From: Takakia lepidozioides
Taxonomy: Eukaryota > Plantae > Bryophyta
NCBI GenBank assembly: GCA_030704615.1
Contig: CM060731.1
Coordinates: forward strand, 36,704,001-36,768,000
DNA length: 64,000 nt
Direction of reading: 5' to 3'
Positions 1 to 11,590 of the stretch are shown piece after piece (positions within the stretch are counted from its first letter, which is position 1; each line of letters opens with the position of its first letter). A program made the translations under genes and the position numbers. The notes beneath the pieces are model-generated. The model made no database searches. It saw only the letters and a list, made by a program, of their open reading frames with translations, and had not been told where the DNA came from.

Positions 1-572
1 TCAACATATCAATCTTTCGTGAAATAAGATCCTTGCGATAATACGTCTTGAATGTTTTTATGATTCCAGCATCCATATGTTGATAGTGGCTGGTGCAGTT
101 AGGTGGCAGAAACTCGAGTCTGGTGACACGAATTTGTTCAACAATATATTCACCACCCAACCACTCAATGCCCTTCCTAGCTAGTGAGCAAGGGAACAAC
201 CGGATCTTCTCCTGATCTGTTGCTTCATTGTAAATGGTGCACATTTTCTCAAATTGATTGAGATGAATATTTGGATCAGATTTCCCATCGTACAGGGGAA
301 ATGGTGGTCGGGTTTTACTTGTTGCCAAAGCCATTGGTGTTGTTGGTGCAACTGGTGCTCCTAGTGCAACGGTTACTGCTGGTTGTCCAAACTGAAATGG
401 TCTTGTGACCAGAGAAATTATCTAGAAGAAGTAGAACTTTCTTTTTCCCTGCAAGTCTCATTCTTCGCTCAAAGTCTAATAAAAATTTCTCAAACATTGA
501 GATGCTGATTTCCAGCCATGGCAACACCTCACAATTTTCTCCTTTTCTCTTCATCGTCCTCTTGGATCTCAC
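1..572 (-). mobile_element. pogo/Tigger-type (DDE_1) transposase fragment, pseudogenised, running off the window start
   Basis: Minus-strand translation gives KKKVLLLLDNFSGHK (about 400-450) and, after an insert, IRVTRLEFLPPNCTSHYQHMDAGIIKTFKTYYRK (about 30-135). These match the DDE_1 motifs LLLDNxxxH and FLPPNxTSxxQPxDxGII. Confidence 0.8.
158..400 (-). mobile_element. Ty3/gypsy-type retrotransposon gag fragment embedded in the DDE transposase
   Basis: Reads PFPLYDGKSDPNIHLNQFEKMCTIYNEATDQEKIRLFPCSLARKGIEWL, the Retrotrans_gag pattern (F/Y)DGxxDPxxHLxxF...LFPxSLxxxAxxW. Confidence 0.7.
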
Positions 573-1324
573 CAGTCTCTTAATCCTCCACTTTCTTATC
601 TACAATAAAAAAAAACTTTTGCTATAAACGCTCTTGTGGTGTCAGGGACAGCTGGCGTAGTCTCCTCTTCTCTTTTGCTCTCCGCCTCTCTATTGTAGAT
701 GTGAAGTACACTAGAAGCATTCGTGTCATTTACCACTGGGGTAACGACTCATTTTGAGTCGTAAAAGTAAAAAAACTGGGATCGACTGGAAGTTACAACA
801 GACGTGGTAGTTGGGTTGGACATCCAATGATTGGAGTGGTAAAGGACGCTGACGCGCGAACAACTGCTCAACGATTAATGCGATTAATGCTGAAGAACCA
901 CGTGGCGTAACCAGGCGGGCCGCCCGTGTGTCTGACCTTTTGGGCTGACTTTGACTTTTCCCTCCGGATGAGTGGACCGACTCACTGAAGCGCGGTGACA
1001 CATGGACGCGGGCGTGGACGACGATGTGGATGCCGACGTGGCGGCGCCACGACGAGCACCACTGCTGCCACGTGGCCACGGGCACGGGGCGCCACGTGGT
1101 AGTAGACCACATAACTTGCAGTGCTACATGCCTAGTGGCAATTGCGACTGCGGAAGTTGGCGCAACCACTGCTTTACTACTTTACATGAAGTGCTCGAAC
1201 TTACTTGAACAATCATTCATAGTGATTCATGCTTTGGAGTTTTGGTGTTTGTAGTGAGTCGCCTAGTAATGCCATACAAGAGAACTAATCATGCATTAGA
1301 AATGCACAAACGATGAAAGACATG

Positions 1325-2610
1325 CCATAAAACAAAATAAAATGAAAATGAATGAAATGAAACAAAATGGTACTTTATTACATCTGTGGAAAGCTCAAAG
1401 AGCTTATGGGACAAAATGAAAAACACAAAGTAAAAAAGCAGCCCAAAAGCTACTGCTGCTCTGGGGATTGCCTAAGGGTCAAGGCCTCGTGCAAGTCAAG
1501 CAGTTTTGATCCTCATAATGCAAGACTTCAGTGAGTTCCACGAAATAGACCATCTACCCATGGAGGTTTCTTGTAGTTATTGATCCACAGGGAATCATAG
1601 GTAAATCTTTTGCTTGAAATTTGGCCCTCTACGATGAATCTGGACCACACTCTATCCCTGCTCCTTCAGCTATCCATGCCCCTCCACAAATCATGCATTC
1701 ATCCTTGCCTTGCTGCTAGTAGCTGACAATGACAACCTACATTTGTTCTAGGAAACACCCAACTCAGCTTATCACACTAGTTCTTATGCTCAATTGCGTC
1801 TGCTACTCTCTGAAATGTAGCAGGCATTCACCTTTTTGCCTCGGTTGTCCCATGATTGACTGGGGGCAGAAAAGTATTCATTCCACAGCTTCTCCTCATG
1901 TCTGTTACTTGTTTTTTGATAGCAGTATCATGTCAAAGTCACTCCAAACTAGATTCACTCAACCAGTTAACTTGCATAATTCAACATGGAAATTTTGGAC
2001 CGATTCTAATAAGAGGGAAAAACAGGGTGAAATGTGCTGAAGAAGATGCCTTCATTAACAATGTCTGATTTTATCAATAGTGCCGTTGCTGCCAGTTGAC
2101 CATCTACCCATGCAGGTTTCTTGTAGCTTCATAGTTAATCTGGAGCTTGAAGTCTGGCCCTCTTGGGTGAATCTGCACCCACACTCTATCCTTGCTCCTT
2201 CAACTATCCATGCCTCGCACGAATCATGCATACAACCTTGCCTTGTTGCTAGCAGTTGACGATGACAGCCTAGACTTGTTCTAGGAAGCACCCAACTCAA
2301 CTTATCACACTAGTTCCTACGCTCAATTGCATCTACTACTCTCTATAATCCAACAAACATTCACCTTCTTGCCTCGATTGTCCCACCATTGACTGGGGTC
2401 AGAAAAATATTCATTCCACAACTTCTCCTCGACTGTGTTACCTGTTTCTGATACTTTCCTGTTGTCACATTGGATTAATCATGTCAAAGTCACTCCAAAC
2501 TATCAAAGCTTCAGTCAACCAGCTAACTTGCAGAATTCAGACATGAATAATTAGGGGCGATTCTGATAAGAGGGGAAAACAAGGTGAAATTGAAGAAGGT
2601 GCCTTCATTA
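1325..2610 (-). mobile_element. Degenerate non-LTR-like 3' remnant with (CATTT)n tail and an internal ~550-bp tandem duplication
   Basis: On the minus strand AATAAA (1377-1372) is followed by CATTT-like repeats (about 1335-1368). Diverged direct repeats lie at 1548-2057 and 2098-2610, both starting GACCATCTACCCATG and ending GCCTTCATTA. The LINE identity is inferred from the tail only. Confidence 0.4.
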
Positions 2611-2624
2611 GCAGTCATTACACT

Positions 2625-2775
2625 CTATCCTTCGCTCAGCCATATTGTTGAACACTCCCTATCCACAAGGGTATTGTTCAGAATGACATCTGCCACAATT
2701 CCAGCTTTGACGATGCAACCATGGACCTCTTTGCCCTTCCCCAGCAGGCTCGCACATGCACTACAAACGCAAACA
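2625..2775 (-). pseudogene. PLS-class PPR pseudogene, distal part (beyond the insertion)
   Basis: ACASLLGKGKEVHGCIVKAGIVADVILNNTLVD is an L/S-motif PPR sequence. It is near-identical to 5565-5712. Confidence 0.75.
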
Positions 2776-5447
2776 ACTGGTTGTGGCAAACTGGGAGCAA
2801 TATGTGTCAGAAGAAACCACTTATACAAATCTACAGCTTACAGGCTGTCTCTATCCTCAAAATTGGCAGCACATCACCCGCTGCTATGACATATATTGCC
2901 CTAGACACACATTGCCCTAACTGCCATCCCCCAAGATGCTATCCCCACCAGACTTCTCTCACTTGGGTCCTTGCAAGGCTGACTTCCAGCTTTGACTCTG
3001 TGCATGGGGCCTATTGGACAACATACACCAGCAAGCCCTCCCCCTATCCTCCATCAACTCATCTCAGTCTTATCAACTGCACAACGTATGATGGGAGTGA
3101 GTGCAACATGGGAAAGAGCCACAACACATGATGAGCTGTAGGGAAGAAGCAACATCATGCAAGTAAAGCAAATGATGAAGCAGAAAGACGAGGCAACATG
3201 GGAGAAGGGAAAATGGGGTCCAAGGGCTGAGAAGGTCAACTGGTCAACAATGAGGAACTGGATCTGGAGCACTATGTTGATGATTAAAGGGAGCGGCAAA
3301 TACATGTGGGGCATCGCAGCAAAGTGCATGCCAACGAGGGTCAGAATAGTGCAAGAAAGACTCCACGGATGGTGGGCAGCCAAAGGCACTCATGGCAAGG
3401 GAGCTGCCAAGACAAAACTATTGATTAGGCTACGGAGAAAAAAGAAAGCACAAGATCAACTACGAGGAAAAGTAGCAATTCAAGCATGGGAGCTGTTGCT
3501 AAAACATGAGGATGAAGACATACGAGGTGAAGCATCAAGGGAACCAGTAGGAGATGAGGAAGATGGAGCACACTTTCTTGTCAAAGGTTGGCGGCGAAGA
3601 ATGCAACCCAGCAATCAGAAAGTGAGGCACCCGAGGCTGGACTGCTGCAAAGAGGTACAAAGACAGGAGCTGAGAATGAGATGTTGCCTTTCGTTGAAGT
3701 TCCCCACACAAGGGCTGTTTGGCAAGCAAAACCCCAGGCAAGGATGAGAGGTGAATCTGGGATAAAACCAGCAGCTGGGAGTGAGGAAAGACACAAGGAA
3801 GGGCAGCAATACCTTGTCAAATCTGAGGGTGATGGCTGGAGAAAATTAAACAAGGATTGGAAGTATGGGAGCAGCAATCGCATGAAGAAAAATCTGCCTG
3901 AGAGGCTGAAGAGTGAAAGGGAGGAAGACAGACACCTCGCTTATGAAAAGTGGAAGGGCAGGGTAGAAAACCTGATGCCTGAAATTGATGGGAGCTCGTG
4001 GGAGACTCTGCCAAGAAGACTCCAATCAGCTGTTGCCAACAATCGGACCAGTGAAAGATCGCCCTTGGCTGGCGCAACACCACAAAATAAGTGCAGCCCT
4101 GATAGCATGGTGAGTGGGGCACCAATTGAGCCAGAAAATGAGGGAGAAGGATGAGACTTCCCTGCCAAGAAAGTCAATGCGGGCCTGCAGTGGCATGCAA
4201 GGAAAGGGACACCGTAAGTGTTGCCAACAGATGTAAATCAGTGCTCATTCATTCGAAAGCACCACGGGAGATGAAGGAAAAGACACCTGCAGGGACGTTG
4301 AAGCATAAAAGAGGAGAGCACTTCACTTGGGAAGAAAGTGAAGCATTGGAGAACGAGGCTGATGACTGGCAGTCTGAAAAGGAAAGGCGGTTGTGGGAAA
4401 CCGTGCCAAGACCCAAGACAACCATATAGAGAGAATCAAGCAGGTGGGAACTGCCCTTCATTGGGGTGGTGCACAAGAGCAAGACCAGAAGCTGAACCAC
4501 ATGAGAAGATAGTGTGTCATCACAGATGGAGACCCTGGAAAATGCTCTGCCCAGGAGATGAAGAACATTAGGCAACTAGAAACGTGGGGGGCTGAATATG
4601 CTCTGCAGTCAACTTGGCTTGTTGAATGCTTGCATAAGAGATGAGGGGTTGCTGTTAGTACACGGCATTGAGTTCATCAAATCCTACAACAGCCCACCAT
4701 CGCTGCCCACTGCTTACAACTGCCACAAAAACAATTTCACGGGACTTACAGATGATTGGTGGAAGGCAAGGCCCCTCACCATGGGCCAGATTAATTGTAT
4801 GTTGCAGCCCAGAACAACAACGGGAAGTCATCTAGGGTAGCAAACCCCATCTTGGCAGCGTCTTTTGTGTGAGAGAAGTCAAGCTGAATCTGCTCATCAT
4901 ATCGAGTGGGATGGACCAGATGTAAAGCTGCCAAGCCAACCACACTCATATTCGCACTCAAGCAACATAAGCTGGAGCCATTTTCAGATTATGAGTACCC
5001 GTGTTTTAAGAATACTCATTCTTCAACTTGCGGTGAACGGGCAGAAAACTTCACAATGTGCAGCAGATTAATGGACCAAGATGCGGAGCTGAATTGGGTA
5101 TCCAATTAGGCAATGCTGGTTTCAAAACCCCGTTCCATCCCTGCGTTTTGAAGATCTGGCTTGAATGGGCACACTCCGGCAGTGGAAGGCTCACGGAGTA
5201 ATGAGTTTGGGCTGATATGCATGCTGATATGCATGCTGACATGCCATGCCGGTGCAAAGAACAACGTTCTGAGTGGCGATTGTGATCTCAAAATCTGCCC
5301 CTGCATTCAAGCTGATTTCTCTCTCGAGCAGAGCCGCCTTGTGGATGTTCCAGCCAGTATCCAAAAACAGCTCAAGTGCAAGACAACAACATCAGCAAGG
5401 CATGGTTAGCTAAGCAAGGTCATGTTGAGAGGCATTTGAACTCTCTG
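2776..5447 (+). mobile_element. ~2.7-kb insertion of unclassified type that splits the PPR pseudogene and carries degenerate charged ORFs
   Basis: The PPR sequence ACAAACxCAAACAAACGTAATGTG is intact at 5701-5724. Here it is broken between 2775 and 5448. The insert has overlapping K/E-rich ORFs (3157-3747, 3588-4154, 4151-4571). No TIR, LTR or clear TSD was seen. Confidence 0.55.
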
Positions 5448-6300
5448 AACGTAATGTGGTCGGACTTCACCCCCTCCCACATCAACTGCTCATAGGTCTC
5501 CAAAACCTGCAATCCCCGCCTCTGTTGTGCATGTCCTGCGATCATCACTTTCCACGACACCACATTTCGCTCAGCCATATTGTTGAACACTCCCTATCTA
5601 GAAGGGTATTCATGTTCAGAATGACATCTACCACAATTCCAGCTTTGACGATGCAACCATGGACCTCTTTGCCCTTCTCCAACAGGCTCGCACATGCACT
5701 ACAAACACAAACAAACGTAATGTGCTCGGGCTTCACCCCCTAGACCCACATCATTTGCTCATAGGTCTCCAAAACCCGCAATCCCCGCCCATGTTGTGCA
5801 TGTCCTGCGATCATCACGTTCCACCACACCACATTTCGCTCAGCCATATTGTTAAACACTCCTTGTCCACAAGGGAATGCTCCCACGTTTGGCATACATG
5901 TCGACGGGGTATTGTTACATCTGGTACAGTTCCAGCTTTGACAATGTCACGATGGACCTCTTTGCCCTTTACCAAGTCTCCAGGGCTGCCAGGTTTGCAC
6001 ATGCATTGCAAACACAAATGAACGTGACCCGGTCAGGCTGCACCTCTTCTCAACATTTGCTCATATGTCTCCAATGCCCTCATCCCGCACACATGCTGGT
6101 CATATCTTGCGAGATTCAGCGTGTTCCTTGAGACAACATCTTGTTCAGCCATGTTATCGAACTCTCCCTTCGCAACTTCATAGGTCTCCAAAGCCTCCAT
6201 CCCACGTCCCTGTTGTGCATACCCTGCAAGCATCGCACTCCACGACACTACATCTCGGCAAAACAGGCTGAAATAGCTCGAAGAAGAAGGTGCCCTCACC
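5448..6300 (-). pseudogene. PLS-class PPR pseudogene, proximal part, with tandemly duplicated P-L-S blocks, frameshifts and stops
   Basis: Contains RDVVSWSAMLAGYAQQGRGMEALETYE, GKEVHRDIVKAG, MYAKRGS and KPEHITFVCVCSACASLLEKGKEVH. The reading frame switches repeatedly. Confidence 0.8.
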
Positions 6301-7439
6301 ACATTGTCCTCTACCTTGTGTCATGACCCATTGCGGATTAGACTGACCATGAACCCAAGAAGACCTCTTGTGCGTGCTGCTTGTATCTCTAGTCAGGTAA
6401 TGTGGGATTGGTTCGTAAGAACCACCACGGTGCAGTTGAGCGGGCAGAGATTAAAATATGGGTTGCTAAGATCAAGCTGATTCCCCCAAGAACCTTGTGA
6501 TCATCAGGAAGAATACCAAATCATGGTACAAAGGGGAGCCAAGAGCCCACATTTGCACATAATGCGCCCTTGACGCCATGAACGCTTGCAACAACAGGAC
6601 ATGGGCCTCGATTTGGTCTTCGTCCTTCTCGCATCACTTGTTCGTCTCTCTCTCAAGCCTCCATCCCTCTCCCAACACTTAGACAAATTCAGGCAAAGGA
6701 CAAAGTTACTCTTCCACCCTTAGATCATTTTACATCCGACGATTAGAACAATCTCTACGAGCCACACAAGCCCTAAAATACATTAAAATATTCCACGTCA
6801 TGAGCCATGTGGAGCACTTATAAAAATTCCATTTTTGAATAGGGTGTGCAATGAATGCCTAGTTGTTAAGAGTCGTTCTCTAGTGCTTAAAACCACTTGT
6901 AATTGCTGTTTTTAAAAAAAAAAACAATTTACGTAATTGAATTAAATCGCCGCGAATATTGTGCCGACTGCGGAGTCATTGATGCAACTTCTATCCGCCA
7001 TTAGAAATGTGAATTTATCCGTTACGACTGTGCAGTAGTAACAAACATCTCAAAGTTGTTCCCTCAGTGGTTTTGGACATGCAGTCGATTCGGAAAAGAC
7101 ACGAATGCTTCTAGTGGTATATCTAAAGTTCGTTTGTGTTTGTGTCTGCGTCTTCCCTAAAAACCCAAACTTTATCTCCTAGACTTTTCCAGCGCGTAAT
7201 AATTTGAGAATGACATATGCAAAAGGTAAGTACGTGGGCAATCGAACGTTGTCTTAGGTGGCATTTTTGGGCTCTCATTACATGTTATGAAAGACATCTC
7301 AAACAGTGGACGGTGTAGATTCAATGGGCTGCAATTGTTCTTTTGTTTTTGTGCAGTTACAATTCTATGAGTGCAAATAAAGAGTAGCTGTGGATCTTAT
7401 ATGATTCACTGTGACCAAAATAAAAATAAAAATAAATGA

Positions 7440-9200
7440 ATGAGGGTAAAAAAAATGACTATGTCAACGCCATCCATTTAGATTATTAATAGACATAGTG
7501 TAGTTGTAGAATAGGGTTTATTTTGATTAAAAAGTTCAAGAACAACAAGAAGGATGGTATGGAATATGCCATCTTTTTTTACACCTCCATACTACTCTAT
7601 TTTGGCTAGACAAAGTGCAGATGAAGTATTTCAGAATTTATTTCATGCCAAAGCAAGTAGGGTGTGAAAAACCGATGGACTTGACGCCATCATTTCTGGC
7701 ACTCTTCCCGCTGCACTCTTTTTGCATTGACATTATGCAGTAGTTTTAGTTCTTGTAGGGGTTCTCTTTTGAAAACTCAGAGTAGCAGGAAGGGTGTTAA
7801 AAATGACGGTGTCAACACCATCAATGTCAAGACTCTCCCTGCGGAACTTCTATTTGCATGGTTATTGTTGGCAAAAAGAGAGAGGGTGTCCAAATTGATG
7901 GCGTTGACGCCATCAGATTTGAGGTATGCCTAAAGAGAGCGAAACCAAATAAATAAATAAACAAATAAAAATGTTCAAGACATACCTTAAATCTGATGGC
8001 GTCAACGCCATCAATTTGGACATCCTCCCTCTACTGCTCTATTTTTATCTAAAAACAATGAAAATGTAGTACTTGCAATGTCTATGTAAACTATTTCTTC
8101 ATGCTGCTTGCTATAATTTTGTTTTTGTGTTGTAATATTTCATGCTATGTAGGAGAGGTTTGGTCCTCCCTCATGCTCTGATTGCCAAGATATACCAATA
8201 GTATAGTGCTTCATATATAATTGTTTTCAATGTACACAGTGGTTGTGACGTGCATGTGTAGCTAGGATCCATTTTAGGTAGACATAGTGTAAATTATAAA
8301 GCATTTTTTTGGTAAAAGAGAGCAACATGGAGGGTGTCAATGCCATCAATTTAGACACCTTCATTGCTGCTTTCGTTTCATCAAAACATAGTGAAAATGG
8401 ATATAGTTGCAAAGGTCTTTTTAGTGAAAGAGAGTTGCTGAGAGGGGTGTGGAAATTGATGGCGTTGACGCCATCAATTTAGACACCCTCTTTGCTGCCA
8501 TTGTTTTATAAAAATATAATGAGTATAGATATAATTGTAGGGGCCTTTTTTGTGAAATAGAACTGTGGGAAGGGTTTATAAATTGACGGTGTTGATGCCT
8601 ATTTCCACACCTTTCCCTTAGCTCTCTTTAATAAAAAAAACATAAGTTTATTTGGTCCATTGCAGCTGGGACGTCAAATTGTGCTTTGCTTTGCTATGCA
8701 AATCGGCATAGAGGGTCTCGAAAACTGATGGCGTTGACGCCATCATTTTTAACAATATTCTTTTTGCTCTATTTAATGTAGACATAGTATCATTATGTAT
8801 TTGCAAGGGCATTACTTGCCAAAAAGAAAGCAACACGGAGGATGTCAACTCCGATGCGAGTGTTGACACCATCATTTTTGTCACCCTCCATCTTGCTTTT
8901 TTTGGGGTCTAGACATAGTTAACATTTGTTATTTGAAATTCATTGTTAAAAAATATATAAAATAAAAGATAGGAGGACGGGTGTGGAAATGGATGGCGTT
9001 GACACCATCGTTTGCAACACCCTCCCTACTACGAGCTGTTTTTATATAGACATAGTATATATGCAAGGGTTATTTTTACAAAAATAAATCAGTAAGGATA
9101 TGTGAAAAAATGATGGCGTTGACTCTATTGTTTGTAACACCCTCCCACTACTCTTTTTTTGGGTGGACATACGATAGTTATGTTTTTGCAGGGCTTGTTT
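7440..9200. repeat. Degenerate tandem array (~125-bp period, about 13 units), each centred on the palindrome TGATGGCGT-tg-ACGCCATCA
   Basis: Cores near 7460, 7555, 7675, 7805, 7896, 7995, 8330, 8457, 8584, 8726, 8855, 8992 and 9111. The best units extend to GAGGGTGTxxAAATTGATGGCGTTGACGCCATCAATTTAGACACCCTC. The linker motif AGACATAGT recurs. Confidence 0.85.
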
Positions 9201-9347
9201 TGGAGTTGGCATAACAAAGCTTTGAAATTGAGAGCATTGACATGTTGTGCTATCAGTTTCATATAGCCTGCAATTTAAACTTTATATCCAAGTTTTGGTT
9301 TTTTCGAATTCTGCTCTCTCAAACGTCTTGGTTGTGGCTTAGGTACA

Positions 9348-10730
9348 CTAGGGTAGCATGTGCTGTTGGCCCAAGTGTCAAGTGTCATCTAAGCTGAAGT
9401 GCAATCTCTTAGGTATGCAAGTGCGTCTCCTATGTCGAGGCCCAAGTGCGACCTCTAAGATAGCCTCTGCCGTTGGGCCAAGGGTCCAATGTCATCTAAG
9501 TCCAAATGCATTTTTTTTCCACAGAGCCTACGACCAGATTTGAACCGGAGACCTTTTCCTTGATATCTCTCATGTCGAGGCTCCAACCATTGTCCAACGA
9601 CCAAAAGTACTTGAAATCCGTTTTAGCCATACATCATCATTTTTTTTCCACAGAGCCTACGACCAGATTTGAACTCGAGACCTTTCCCTTGATATCTTTC
9701 TTCTCGAGGCTCCAACCATTGTCCCAGGAATAATTCCCACTTTGCTATTTTTCGGGAATTTCCAGCGACCCAAAGTACTTGAAATTCCACATTTCCCACA
9801 CCGCAGGTCCAAAATCATAAGACTAAGCCCGTGCACCCCTCCATGTCGAGGGCTTTCCAACGGTACCAAGCACCAGGGCTGGGGCCTTGCGGTTTGGGAC
9901 ATCTCAAATCTACAAAACAAAACAAAACAAATGTCTCGATTCATATATAGGGTAGCTTGTGCCGTTGGCCCAAGTGTCCAATGTCATATAAGTCCAAGTG
10001 CGATCCCCTATCTAATCATTTTTTTTTTTAAAATTTAATTTTTTTTCCGGAGAGCCTACGACCAGATTCGAACTGGAGACCTTTCCCTTGATATTTCTCC
10101 CGTTGAGGCTCCAACCATTGTCCCAGGAATGCCCACTTTCCCATTTTTGCTATTTTTTGGGAATTTCCAACGACCAAAAGTACTTGGAATTCCGTATCTC
10201 CCACACCGCAGGTCCAAAAATCATGAGACCAAGCCAGTGCACCCCTCCTCGTCGAGAGCTTTCCAACGGTACCAAGCACCAGAGCTGGGGCCCCGCGGTT
10301 TGGGACATCTCAACGTGACAAAACAAACAAAACAAACAAACCGGCTTCCTTCATATATTGATTAGGGTAGCCTGTGCCGTTGGCCAAAGTGTCCAGTGTC
10401 ATCTAAGTCCAAGTGCAATCCCTTATATATCAAAGTGCGTCTCCTGTGTCGAGGCCCATGTGTGAAGAATTGAAATCTAAGACCAAGTGCAATTTCCTAT
10501 GTATCTAAGTGCGTCTCCTATGTTAAGGCCCATCTAAGCCCAAGTGCAATCTCCTATGTATCCAAATACTTCTTCCATGTAGAGGCCCAAGTGCGACCTC
10601 CAGTGTCTAGTGACATCTAAGTCCAAGTGCAATCCCATATGTATCCAGAGACCCTCATGTTTGGGAGATCTAGGCCTAGGGTAGCATGTGCCGTTGGCCT
10701 AAGTATCCAATGTCATCTACGTCATCTAGC
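9348..10730 (-). mobile_element. Non-autonomous Helitron-like element as head-to-tail partial tandem copies
   Basis: Minus-strand 3' terminus GGCCAACAGCACATGCTACC-CTAG|T ends at 9348. The same GCCAACGGC-hairpin plus CTA(G) terminus recurs near 9948, 10363 and 10677. Two of these are fused directly to a (TC)AATATATGAAGG..TTTGTTTG-type 5' end. Bodies 9650-9945 and 10050-10360 are diverged copies. Confidence 0.7.
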
Positions 10731-11135
10731 TCCATTTTTGGAATTGGAGTTTGGAAAACCAAAACAACTATGGTATCGTGCTTACTCCCTCATCGATAGG
10801 AAATTGCAAGAGCACAACATTGAGGTCTTGAGGACATGAGAGCCTCTCATTGGGAAAACTACCTCTAGGCAGAAGAAAGAGAAGAACAACCGGAAGAGAA
10901 ACAAGTCAGAAAGTTCTAGATCAGTCATTATACCAGCAGTAGATGTAGTGACCATCCTAAAACCCGGGGCGAGAGGATGCATGATAGGTCTGTCGGTCAG
11001 TGGAGCATCTTTATGGTCTGCTTGCATCCATCATTTGAGGCTTCTCCATGCTTGCCAGCAAAAATTAATGAACAAAAATTTCCTTTATTGACTCGGCAGT
11101 CTTCTTACGATGGAGTTCCATCTCCCACATGTGAA

Positions 11136-11590
11136 CACTACTACTTTTAGGGGGGGTTAGCGACGCCAGGACCCCGGGCGCGCCGAACGTACCGACCCCC
11201 CTACGACTGCAGCGTCGCACAGGCGCCTGGCTCGGAATTTGCGACGTCGGGGCGTCGTAACGCCGGCGCTCGGACGACGTTGTGGCATCTTGCGATGCCA
11301 TGCCGTCGCCGGAAAGGGGCCTGACCTCATTCCCCCGCCAACGCACTGGGGGGTTGCGACGCCTCCGGGATGCTGCGACGCCGGGGAATCGCAACGAGAC
11401 GTCACAGCGCCGCAGCCCAGCGACGTTTTTGCGATGGCCGGGAATCGCAATGCCCGGCTGTCGAAAAAAAAAAAAAAAAAAAACTGTTCCGGGCAGGAGC
11501 ACCCGGCCGTCGCAAATGCGTCGTTGGGGTTGCGGCGCTGCGATTCCCTGGCGTCCTGGGGGCGTCGCGGAAAATTGATTATGGGAGTAG
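11136..11590. mobile_element. GC-rich non-autonomous CACTA-like element
   Basis: Starts CACTACTAC and has many GCGACGCC/GGCGTCGC subterminal repeats in both orientations. The right end (GGCGTCGC...GAGTAG) is degenerate and no 3-bp TSD was confirmed. Confidence 0.5.

Noticed and set aside
726-1254. GC-rich overlapping ORFs and clustered CACGTG G-boxes
   Set aside because: No recognisable protein and no adjacent intact gene. Probably a transposon-end or relic promoter sequence.
7440-9200. CRISPR array
   Set aside because: Eukaryotic context, no cas genes, and the ~80-100-bp linkers are homologous to each other rather than unique spacers.
9520-10125. Functional tRNA genes
   Set aside because: Only A/B-box-like pieces with no complete cloverleaf, embedded in a repeat.
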